A stretch of 64,000 bases of DNA, from NCBI GenBank assembly GCA_036172245.1, contig JAYWIR010000018.1, positions 124,001-188,000 on the forward strand, in the 5' to 3' direction. How positions within the stretch are numbered: position 1 is the stretch's first letter; every line of letters begins with the position of its first letter. The position numbers and the translations under genes were made by a program. The DNA is from Raillietiella orientalis. Lineage: Eukaryota. The notes below the pieces were generated by a model, which saw only the letters and a program-made list of their open reading frames with translations, did not search any database and was not told the DNA's origin. Shown here in pieces: positions 52,093 through 61,999 of the stretch.

Positions 52093-53812
52093 CAATGAAT
52101 CCATCGCCAACACAGGATGCCAACGAAGTCCACAACATTATTGAACACTACAGGTGAGATTTAGACAAACAAATGATGGTCCAATCCAATGTTTGGACAG
52201 TAATCGTAAGAGTAAAGCCCAACGGTGCAACAAAAAGGCATATTGAAAGTTCTCACAAATCACAGCCAAGAATTGATTTCGATATTGATTCCTTATTGTG
52301 AAGAACTCTTTTAGAAAGATGATCTTAGATGACAAAACAAAGCTGACTCGTCAGATTTGACAGTGGTGAAAAATTTACAGTTCTGACATAAAAGACAGTC
52401 CTGCTGACAATCTGAGTGCTTAAAGATGCATTTGGAAACATTCCACATGCAGCGTTTAACGAGCCATAGTGGATGGGTGGGAAAGTTCATGATGCACGCT
52501 GCTGCAACCGAACACGAGGCTCCAGGAGATACACACACGCCAAAAGAATTACTTCTGGGTTATCCCTATGGGTTCGGTTGGCACACTGGAAACGTAACAA
52601 GCCTGCAGATCTCGTATCAATCTACGAGTCTTCGAAAGATCAACTACTAGGCGTGAAGCACACATTGAAGAATTCCTTCCTTTCCAATACACAAACGAAC
52701 CGAGAGTGTGGTCAACCACGAAATCGACAGAAAATGAACGAGTCGTTTACAAAGAGAACGTCCAGGCGGAGCCATGGCACCTTCGCCACAGCAACCCAAC
52801 AGAAACATCAAATTCTTTTGAATTACCTGAAACTTGCTGAGCCCACCGTTCCCTTCCGGAGAGAGTGCACTGAACTCCCGCCACCAACTCGAAGAACTCG
52901 CACTGCCTCGCTCAAGCGCTGGCAATTTAAGTCGACGCCGCGACCACCCTCGCAAATGTCCTCTAGCGCTTCCGGTTGCAAGGGCCGGTTCGTTTCGAAG
53001 CCCCCGTGTCGCGTGCAGTGGCTGCCAGACTGGCGAAAGCACCCGCATACTTCCAAAGCGATCCCTAAAAGTCCGTACTGCATTTGTTGGCAGCAACCAA
53101 CAAGTGCCTCGCAGCAAGTCGGTGGTTGCAAAAGGTGGCATTGCCTACAGAGTTTACTGCTCCTTCCAGACACGCGATTTCAGTATCAGGCAAACACAGC
53201 CCCGGGCAAAACAAAGCAGAAAGCGCTGGCCGAGTAGCGAAGGCGTCGTGAAGCAACGCTCTTCCGCATTTCCGAGATGCACTCCGTTATGCGAATTCGA
53301 AATGCGGGTGCACCACTTTTTGTGCACTGTGCTGATCTTTCTTGCCTTAATACGCTAACGAAGCACCCTGACATCAAATCTTCCTTTCATCCATTCATTG
53401 TGCACCACGAGGACCGATTACGAATGCACTCGGTGGCTCTTCCGTTTCTTTCTCCGGCACGAACTGACTTCTCTCGGGGATGGAGTGTGCATTCCAATGC
53501 AGGAGGGCTTGTGAAAATTGACTCCTCTTCTTGCACTTCTGAGAACAACAGTGTGCGCTCATTTCGAGTTCCAAGCAAAGCGCAGATCTCCGAGGCAAAG
53601 TCTTTCAAGAAAAAAAAGCAACTTCCTGGAAGCAAAAAAGACCTTGTGGGGTGAGTGGAAGAGAGAAGAGTTTGCTTCTGGGTGAACAGTCAGGGATTGG
53701 ATCAACTGATCTAAAACCGAAAATTGGCAGAGGCGATTTCAACTTGCAACAGAAACGCAGTAGAAAGTAGTCGCGATGCCTACTCAATTCTGTTCTTGCA
53801 TTCTTCTTCAAG
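52093..53812 (+). repeat. 1.7 kb direct duplication, copy 2
   Basis: Matches 16689-18409. Confidence 0.95.
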
Positions 53813-53949
53813 CACGTGGAGCGGATGCACAAGACACCTACTCCTTGCAGCCGCCTACGTGGGGAAGGCTGAAAGGTGGCCACGTTTTCAAGTAAAGGAC
53901 GAGATTGCCCGCATCCAGCGCGGGTTTTAATACCGGTGACCCTGGACCC

Positions 53950-54258
53950 TAGCCTCTCTTTATTTTTATTTTTGTCTCATTCCTCACTCCCTTTAGCTCT
54001 GCAATTTTCCTGGTTTTGTATGTTGATCCCAGTGCATACAGAGCAAACCCAAATTTCTCCCTGCCCCAATCCCCCGGATTTCTTCTTTTTTTCTGTTTCG
54101 CCTCTCCCCTCTTCCATTCCGTACTTTTTGATATCCCGACCTGCATGTCGGTGGATCTTCCCTCGAACTTGTTTTGCCATCGGTTGGGAACCTGCTTGTT
54201 CCCAACTGGTTCCTTTTTTTCACCCGGTCACGCCTCGGGCGTGACCGGGTGAAAAAAA
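53950..54258 (+). mobile_element. Probable LINE 3'UTR ending in a perfect 21-bp-stem hairpin and A7
   Basis: Pyrimidine tracts, a ccgac-ctgcat-gtcgg hairpin (54136-54151) of the family type, and the terminus CCGGGTGAAAAAAA as at 46571. Confidence 0.55.
54214..54258. repeat. Perfect palindrome: 21-bp arms, 3-nt loop
   Basis: tttttttcacccggtcacgcc-tcg-ggcgtgaccgggtgaaaaaaa. Confidence 0.97.
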
Positions 54259-54435
54259 TTCACACTTTCGGGTGAGCTTTCGGCAGCGGCAACGGTTACC
54301 GAACCAAGGTCCGCATCGGACGGTAATCAGACGGGGAATTCTCATGAAACGGTGCTGTGGCAGCAGCCTGCGGATCAGAGCAGTCGGAGAAAGAGGAAGA
54401 GAGGGCTCGCGTGGTCGGTGGTTTCTTCTCTTCAC

Positions 54436-54612
54436 TCAGATATAAGGCAGGAGGGCGAAACAACGGAACGGTACCTTTCGCCTACGATAATTATACCGTC
54501 GCCTACGCTTAAATGTACTATTTCCAGACTTCACTACCCTACGGCGCTTGGCCACCGACGCTCTCGCAAACGCCTTCCGTTTTCGAGACCGAAAACGATG
54601 TAGTACTACCAT
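54436..54612 (-). pseudogene. cap: Truncated CRESS-DNA virus capsid: Arg-rich N-terminal arm
   Basis: From ATG 54612: MVVLHRFRSRKRKAFARASVAKRRRVVKSGNSTFKRRRRYNYRRRKVPFR. It is divergent from Rep across an intergenic region containing a stem-loop origin. No jelly-roll domain is visible. Confidence 0.65.
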
Positions 54613-54704
54613 TCGGCTGATTGACAGCCTACTGCCATTTTTTTCGCATCCCCTCACCCCTTACACTTTCACGCGCTGGTGGGCGTAGCCCATCCGACTT
54701 TCAC

Positions 54705-54786
54705 AAGTCCTTCACGAGGTCGGATTACACCAGACACTACATCTGAAAGCTTGCAAGGCTTTCCGCATGATTAAAGTCCTTCACGA
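54705..54786. repeat. 13-bp direct repeat (iteron-like) in the viral intergenic region
   Basis: aagtccttcacga at 54705-54717 and 54774-54786. The repeat is certain, the iteron role is inferred. Confidence 0.6.
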
Positions 54787-54849
54787 TCGCGGATCTGATA
54801 AGAACCAGTTTCTGAAAATATAATTTACAACTTCCTACACAATCGGTTA

Positions 54850-54881
54850 CAACAATCTGGATAATACTTATCAGATTGCTG
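54850..54881 (-). other. Rolling-circle replication origin stem-loop of a CRESS virus
   Basis: Minus strand cagcaatctg-ataagtattatc-cagattgttg: a 10-bp stem with one G-T pair and a 12-nt loop holding AAGTATTAT (54869-54861), one change from the canonical NAGTATTAC. Confidence 0.75.
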
Positions 54882-54906
54882 TGCCACCAACTACGCACTT
54901 ACGGCG

Positions 54907-54914
54907 TATATAAA
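54907..54914 (+). promoter_or_regulatory. TATA box of the rep promoter
   Basis: TATATAAA lies between the origin and the rep start (ATG at 54968 or 54993). Confidence 0.5.
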
Positions 54915-54967
54915 CCACTGGCCAGGACCGATCCACAGTCATACCACCAGTGAATTACCATTCAACG

Positions 54968-55982
54968 ATGCCATACGGACTCTTCTATCCTTATGTATCA
55001 TTGGTGTATAACTTTTAACAACTACACCGAAGACGAATTTCAAAAGATCAAATGCTGGTGCCGCAGCAACTGCAAATTTTGTATTTTAGGAAAAGAAACC
55101 GCCAGCACAGGCACACCTCAACTTCAGGGCTATATGCAACTTAAGGAGCCCAGAACCCTTCCTGGATTACACAGGAAGCCCTTCCACAAGTGCCATCTTG
55201 AGAAGAGCCGAGGAACACCTCAAAGCAACTTCAGGTACTGCACCAAGGAAGATAACCACGCGTGGGCTTATGGCATGATCGACGAAGCGAACGAAGTCAC
55301 TTCCTACGAAGAAGAGGTAACCAATACAACACTCCTTTTACACCACTTACGCCATCTAATTTCAGATTCTCGAACTCATCCAAACCGGCGCCGACGAAAA
55401 GTCCATATTGAAAAGTCATACCAAGTTTTACGCTCGCAATATTAATTTCGTTAAGGAATGCTTTCGCCTTTCCAGGAATTAAACATACTCCAACCCACTA
55501 GCCAACCTCAGACTCAGAAAATGGCAGATGGATCTCTCTGACGTCATTCGAAAGCCAGCAAGCGAAAGGAAAATTTACTAGTTCTACGACGCCATCGGAA
55601 ACGCCGGAAAAACCACCATGGCGAAGTATACCTTAAGAAAGGAGCCATTTACATGCACTCCTGCAAGAAGACCGACGCCGCACACATTTACAGCGGCGAA
55701 CCAATAATTGTCGTTGATCTCACAAGAGACAATCAGGAACACGTCCAGTACGGCTTCATCGAGAGTCTCAAGAATGGTATCGTGCTTGACTCCAAATATC
55801 AAGGTACAATCAAGTACTTTGACATACCCCACATCATCATCTTCGCCAATTGGGAGCCAGACTACTCCAAGATGTCCAGTGATAGATGGGTCATCACAAA
55901 CATTGCCAGACATGATGCTACCAAGGCAACAAATTGGACTATGAATGAGGAAATGTCCTTTGAATTTAGAGGAGCGCTGTGA
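54968..55982 (+). pseudogene. rep: Endogenous CRESS-DNA virus replication initiator (HUH endonuclease plus SF3 helicase), nanovirus/alphasatellite-like, disrupted
   Basis: Motif I WCITFNN, motif II GTPQLQGY (H to Q) and motif III YCTKE. A second frame (55402-55640) gives LRKWQ..ERKIY*FYDAIGNAGKTT (Walker A). 55653-55982 gives IIVVDLTR (Walker B), YGFIESLKNG..SKY, HIIIFAN (motif C) and MSSDRW. At least two frameshifts plus stops. Confidence 0.93.
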
Positions 55983-57832
55983 CGTGCGGACAAGATCTCT
56001 TCACGTTGTTGTATGTGGGTGCCAGTCTTACGTGAGAGCCCGTGCGTGGGGTGCAGGCTCTTGCGCAGAGACTTCTCTGAAACACTGGCAGATTGCCGAA
56101 TCCACATCTCCACCTTCAACCGATTCTTCGTAGTGTACTTCAGCGGCAACCCGTGTCGGAATTCCAATCCTTGGACAGAGGGCTAGGAGAGGTCCGATTC
56201 CCCGCATGTGACTCGGAGAGATCCTTCCATGATAGATGGCCAATGCAGTTTGCCAGGGTGGTGGCACAGCGGATAGGACACATACGGGTGTGTCACATTT
56301 CAAAAGAAAAGCACGAGTGCTTGTGGTGACATGCGTGAACCGTTGATAATGAGAATGGTGTCCCCCGTACCTTCCTCTCGATGACTGACGTAATGAGAAA
56401 CAGTCTGCCACCACCTTTCCTATTGCCACCACTGGATACATAGAGTGGTGGACAGTAGCTTTTTCGGAGAGCAGAGCTCTCACGGCTGTTTTTGTAATCC
56501 GTGCATATGATTGTCGGACCTCTTAGCGATCTCGAGACCGTGTCTGCTGCACAGGTCGCACAAACTGGATCCTCACGTTTCCCCTGCAATGAAACTTCAT
56601 TCAAGATGTTTGCGAATAGAACTACCGATACAAAATCTTGAATACAAGACCCAGCTTTCCCTTTTTTGAAGGGGACTTCGGAACTTCTTGGTCTTAAATC
56701 ACCGGAAAATTCCCTCAGACGAACGCTAGTGTTTACACCCTTGGTGTTTTAGCAGGAGCGTACTGGGAAAAACGGCGAAAACATTCACCAGTTCTTACTT
56801 GGAAAATGAAATTGCAGTGTCACAGTCTTCTGTCCCCGAGGTGTTTTCAAATTAGGATGGCAATGTGAGCGTCTTTGCCCGACGATCGTTGGTAATGCAA
56901 TCAAATAGCATCAGGACAGGATGCAGAGAGAGGAAGCAAATTTAGCTCATCGCCTGCGGTATGCACTGGAGAATTTTGAGGAAGTTTCCCCAGAGAAAAC
57001 TCAGAAATATTCTTTTCTAGGATCAAATCCCCGTGGTGATTTAGATGTCTTTACATCTTGCACAAGAGACACGTTTCGCTTAGGGAAGTGCAGCCTAGTC
57101 TTGGAAAAACAGTGTTTGAGCAGTGGCATTCCTATCGATTCATTTTGGGCGTATCTATGCAATGGCAAACGGAACTCGATGGTAAAAGCTGAAGTCTTGT
57201 AAGAAGGCAAAATGGATACGTGGTTGTCGAAGATTTTCATGTAGCAAGAATGGATTGCCGTCTCGGCTCTTCTGTCTTTACATCTTTACAGATGAATATT
57301 TCACGAAGCAAAAAAATAGAACGCGGTTGCCAGCATTGGAAGCGTTCTGCAAGACTCCACGATTTGCGTGTTTTCAAAGCGGACCGTTCGCAAAACACAC
57401 GTTGGTGCTCTTTCGGTACGGAGTTGCAGGTAGATGGGCTTCTTTTCATCTGCTCTCAAGTTAAGCTGCCTTCTCGGAAAAGCCTCTCCCTGGCTTTCGT
57501 GGCGGAACAGATTTCAAATCTCTACTTTTATGCATTCCCCCCTCAGAATTCAAATTTTTCGTGACCTGCAATACCGAAGGTCACCGCTGATGGGTGCCTG
57601 CAACCATGGAGCCAGGCAAGGTGAACGGCACGACAGATGCTTCAGATTTCGGAGAACGCGTGGTCCTGAAGGTGCATCGTCGTGCTCCTGGGACCTCGGT
57701 GTCGGTTCGGGCAGTCACGGGAACCCACGGGATGAAGAAGAATGCAAAGAGCCAAGTACTCCGGCAAGAAGAGGGAACGGCAGGAGTTAGTTGCGCATCA
57801 GTGCGTGTTGCTGATGCAGGAAGCAGAAGACC

Positions 57833-58148
57833 ATGGCATGCTCCAGCAACGGGCTTGTACTTACTGTGGAAAGAGGAAGCTATAGTATATCTCCAGAAAT
57901 TCTTCAAAATATATTATCGTTTCTGGAAATAGACGAACTGTTAAGTTTTCACTGCCTGGTTTGTAAAACCTGGAAAGAAATCATACATCATATTAGTTTT
58001 TGGGTGAAAAAATGTAGACGTGAAGGAATTCTGCTACCCCAACTAGTAGCCGACACCCTTTCTAGGTACCAAAACTGGAAAGATTTCGCATCCATTTACA
58101 AATGGCAACCATTTGGAAGGAATTTGTTGAGTAATAGCAGTGCAAAAG
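57833..58148 (+). CDS. F-box/FBA-domain protein (FBXO6/FBXO44/FBXO2-like), exon 1 of 3
   Basis: accATGg start, F-box PEILQNILSFL..CLVCKTWKEII, then PFGRNLL. GT donor at 58149 (phase 1). Confidence 0.9.
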
Positions 58149-58550
58149 GTTTTTCTGTTTTATTAGATGTGACCTTTTTCATAGTTCTTGTCTAGTTAAA
58201 CAACCATGCTTGAGTCAAAGTCATGTTGCAGCATTAAAGCCAATTCTTGTTTCACTGTAAATGCTTAATTTGGTCCTCGGAAATTCGACGAATCCTTATG
58301 TATCCTCGTTATTTTGAAGATACAATATAATTTTGCCAGATGTTAAGTAAACCTCAGACCAAGCGTTGTTCGATTAAAGAAAGGATAAAATGGAATCATT
58401 GCATATTAATAACTTAATGTATGTGTTTGACATGCAAATTGCGAGTTGATGAAGGCAAGAGATAATTATGTTAGGAATCTTTTAATTTAGCAAAAGTGCC
58501 CCAAATAAATATTGTTGGTCACGTTTTGTTTATGCTTGTTGAAATTGCAG

Positions 58551-58785
58551 AAGGATTTCTATATTGGACAGATATTATAAGGGGTGGTAATGGTTGGTTA
58601 CTTGAAGAGACGCCAGCAGGTGCTAATCCAGTTCCTGAACATGTGGTTCAAGCTTCAGGATGTAAATCTTGTTTTGCAACCTCATTTTCATTTTCTGAGA
58701 AGAAACAAAGAATAGATTTAACAAAGAAAGGTTTGCCTGAAGTAGTCTTAGATAACATACAGCTGGAATTTGCTGCTTCTGAATG
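58551..58785 (+). CDS. F-box/FBA-domain protein, exon 2 of 3
   Basis: ttgcag acceptor, EGFLYW..GGNGW..CFATSF..KKQRIDL..SEW, gtaggt donor at 58786 (phase 2). Confidence 0.9.
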
Positions 58786-58934
58786 GTAGGTAATGAAGTC
58801 AATAAATCAATTTTTCAAGCAGTGTTTTCTCAAATTACTGTTAGTTATTTGTGCTACTTTGTTTTGCATAATAAAAGTACAACTAGTTTGCTTTAGAAAT
58901 CAGCATGTTAATGCATAAACATCTTCCTTGTTAG

Positions 58935-59214
58935 GATAGCTTCATGCTTTGATTGTGGAGCAGAATATGAAATGGTAGTCAGGCTACTGAATGTAGATGG
59001 TGCAGTCATCCTCCAAGAGAAGATTAGCACATCACTAGAAGCTGGCGAAAGTAACTGGAAAAGAATTCAGCTTACCATTGTAAATAAACAACCCGGTGTT
59101 CGCCATTTGGAATTTGTGCATGGTGGTAGAGACAGCAGATACTGGTGGGGACACTTTGGTTGCAAAATGACATATGCCTGTGTAACAATTCAGTGCATAG
59201 GCAAAATGATATAG
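58935..59214 (+). CDS. F-box/FBA-domain protein, exon 3 of 3
   Basis: ttgttag acceptor, WIASCFDCGAEYEMVVRLL..PGVRHLEFVHGGRDSRYWWGHFGCKMT. Spliced CDS is 316+235+280=831 nt, a 276-aa open frame. Confidence 0.9.
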
Positions 59215-60239
59215 CTTTGCATTTTTAAACTGCAACACTGTTGTTTGTGATGGAAGAAACTGTTTATTTTCCAAAAATTTTGTTTGTTATGATCATTCCT
59301 CATTGACTTACAAAGCATGCAATATAACAAATCAAAGAAGCTGATGTTTGCAAGCATTTTCTTTGTAGCATTCGTAGTCTATTGTGATATGTGTTAAGAA
59401 CATAATTTTTGTTTGGAATGAGTGGCCAACCATTAAAATTTTCCTATTCTTTTTGCGACTTTCTGTTGGACAAAGTATTGTTTTGGTTTTAGTTACAAAA
59501 AAACAGTTGTTTATGCTATGCATTATAAAGTATTAAAGCTACAATTTAATCGCAAGTTTATTTGTGAACTAAATTATAAATTGTCTGGCAGTAGGCTGCT
59601 CACAATGTGAGCATAAAACTAAGCATAACCTGCCACCTACTTGTTTACAAAGTTAAAACTCAATTTGGTGCCAGGTATCTTACATCATCCAGTGTTTCTA
59701 TTCACATCATTGGCAATGAATCATCTTTCATCAAGTTCAAGTGTGCTTAGTCTTGGACCATTAAAAGAGTTAAAGCCTAGCATTTCCATTTTGTCACGTG
59801 ATTATGCAAAGAACCAAATATTTCACAAGAATGCAATGTACCATCATGTCAAAAAGAACATCCTTAAGGTCCTCAGAATATGTGAACATGAATGAGATGT
59901 GCTATAGCCTAGATTCTCCTGCATCATCAACAAGCATGGATAGTAAAACAAATACAAAAAAATTTGGCCTCTGTAATCCGTGTCCACTACATAATGCAAA
60001 GCTCAAATTTCAAATTTATTTCAGTGTGGATCCAAGTATAGGATTTCCTGATAATTGCATGCTAGAATAGAGGTTCCAAGCTTTGTTTCTCCATGGTTTA
60101 TTAACCGTCTGACCAGTCCCCCAAAATCCATATTACGGAGAGGACTAGGAGGGAGATCCCCTCCGCTGCTGGCGTAGCTCCGTAGCAAGGTAAACCGCCT
60201 CGATACCATGGATGCAGCACAAGATCTTGAACTTCTGCA

Positions 60240-61950
60240 TCGGTCATTGAAAGTCTATCTAGTACGAAGAAACGTCTCGTGAGTTCTTTGAGAAAATCTT
60301 TCGGGTAGAAGTTCTCTTGCCACCCCCTTCCAACCCTATTTTAGATCATCGTAACTCAATAGCAGGTGAGGGACGGTTTCTTCCGAACCAGATTGGACAC
60401 AGTCCGGAGAAACTTTTCTCCCTGGTCCATGCTGTTGGTGTGAGCATGTCGGACACCTGAGCTCTAGATAAACTCGGTTTTCAATATGATCTACAGAAAT
60501 AGGGAAATCATTCAGCCAACTTAGCGGCTGGTTGTATTGCAAGTTTGCCAACCAACAGCTCTGATTTGTAAGCCTGATATCCGACATGGGGCACGAAGCT
60601 GTGGTCACGAATTCGGTAGTGAAAATTAAACATCTACTCAATATTTCATTCATTGGCGTTAGGGTTGGCTACCAAGAAACCCAAGATCTAACTCGAGAAT
60701 GATCCACCACGGTCATCTTCGACATCTCGAAAGTGATGTACGCTTTCGTTCTGCTGCGTGGAGAACGAAGAGTATGATTTCAGAAGCGAGGTGGAATCTC
60801 GATGAGGAGCCACGACCTAGGCAGCCGATTCATCTGATAAATGGCATCTATATTCCAGAACAGAAGCCAAGTGGTCAAAGAAGAAGACTTGCATTTTCTC
60901 TGAATGTACGATGCCATGAAAAAGCATGGCAGAACGATTGAAAAGAATTATTTTGTTCAGCTCTTCACCTACAACAAACCCCTCATCCTAGGTCACTTGA
61001 AGAAGCAGCAACAAGGAATTCTTTAAAGCTGCAAGCGGACATCGAATGGGCAAAAATCGCATCGGGATTTCAAGATGAAGGCAACAACTCGAAAGTATTG
61101 GTCATTCATGCAACGGAGGAACCTGGGATATCAAAGGAATTCAAGAATCAGGGAGAAGCTTTCCCATCTTGCTAAGTCTCAGTGATTTGTTCTCCTGGTG
61201 GTGAATGGATTCTTGATGCCTTCACTTGAGCGACGGCGCAACGGTGATTCTGAAATCCACATCACTGCAGCATTAGGCATAGCATGAGATCACGAAGAAT
61301 TTCTTTCCCTCAAGTGAAATTTCTTGCTTTGATGGTAGCTGCAATCCCTTTCACTTGTTCACAACCACAAAATATGAACAGTAATGATTCTTTTATTCCA
61401 GATGCTTAACAGATTCGCTTCAAAGAAGCGCTAAATTCTTCATTTCCCTGATTTCGCCTTTCCGATCTATCATAGTCTAATGCTTCCTTGAAGAATCAGC
61501 TTGCATCGACTCAAAGAAAACCAAATGCGCTGCATGCAAATGCTTCCTTCAAACTCCAGAAATCGCTATAGTGGGAATCCAAGGATACTTGCACGTCGTG
61601 GACGTTCGTCATAATGGCATCCCTGACACCAAGCAGCTGTCTCGTGTATGGAGACTCGATTCAGTCGGTCCACGTGTCGGCACGTTGAAAACCAATATCT
61701 CAGTATTAGGGAAAGTTCCTTCCGTCTCGGTGATCCCGTTTCCTTCAATTCCACGAACTATCAGTGCTTTCCTCTCCTTTCAGCAAACTACTTGATGCAT
61801 TTTCCAACTTTTGGGCACGGGGAAGTCTCAACAATCCACGCCCTCCACGAAATTTTGTCAGAGGGACCAGGAAGTCAGCACATGGAAAAGTCTGCTCACT
61901 GCGCGGCTATCTTTTTTTTTAATTCTGCTTCGTTTTGGAAAATAGGCAGT
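60240..61950 (-). mobile_element. Decayed LINE ORF2 with large internal deletions
   Basis: Minus strand DRLNRVSI (~61660, cf. SRLDR), SPPG (~61200), and C-terminal DCVQSGSEETVPHLLL (60360-60410). Confidence 0.55.
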
Positions 61951-61999
61951 AGATAATGGAATTCTTCTCGAACCCTATCGGGGGGGAGACCACGGCCTG

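Noticed and set aside
54596..54616. TAGTACTAC at 54601-54609 flanked by a short stem, as the viral origin
   Set aside because: It overlaps the first codons of the putative capsid and has only a weak bulged stem. The 54850-54881 hairpin is intergenic and fits better.
55990..56620. Minus-strand ORFs downstream of rep as the missing capsid C-terminus
   Set aside because: No capsid-like features. The fragments look more like decayed LINE endonuclease sequence, and I cannot support either call firmly.
59680..59900. Possible hAT transposase dimerisation-domain remnant on the minus strand
   Set aside because: Only a vague resemblance across frameshifts. It needs a profile search.
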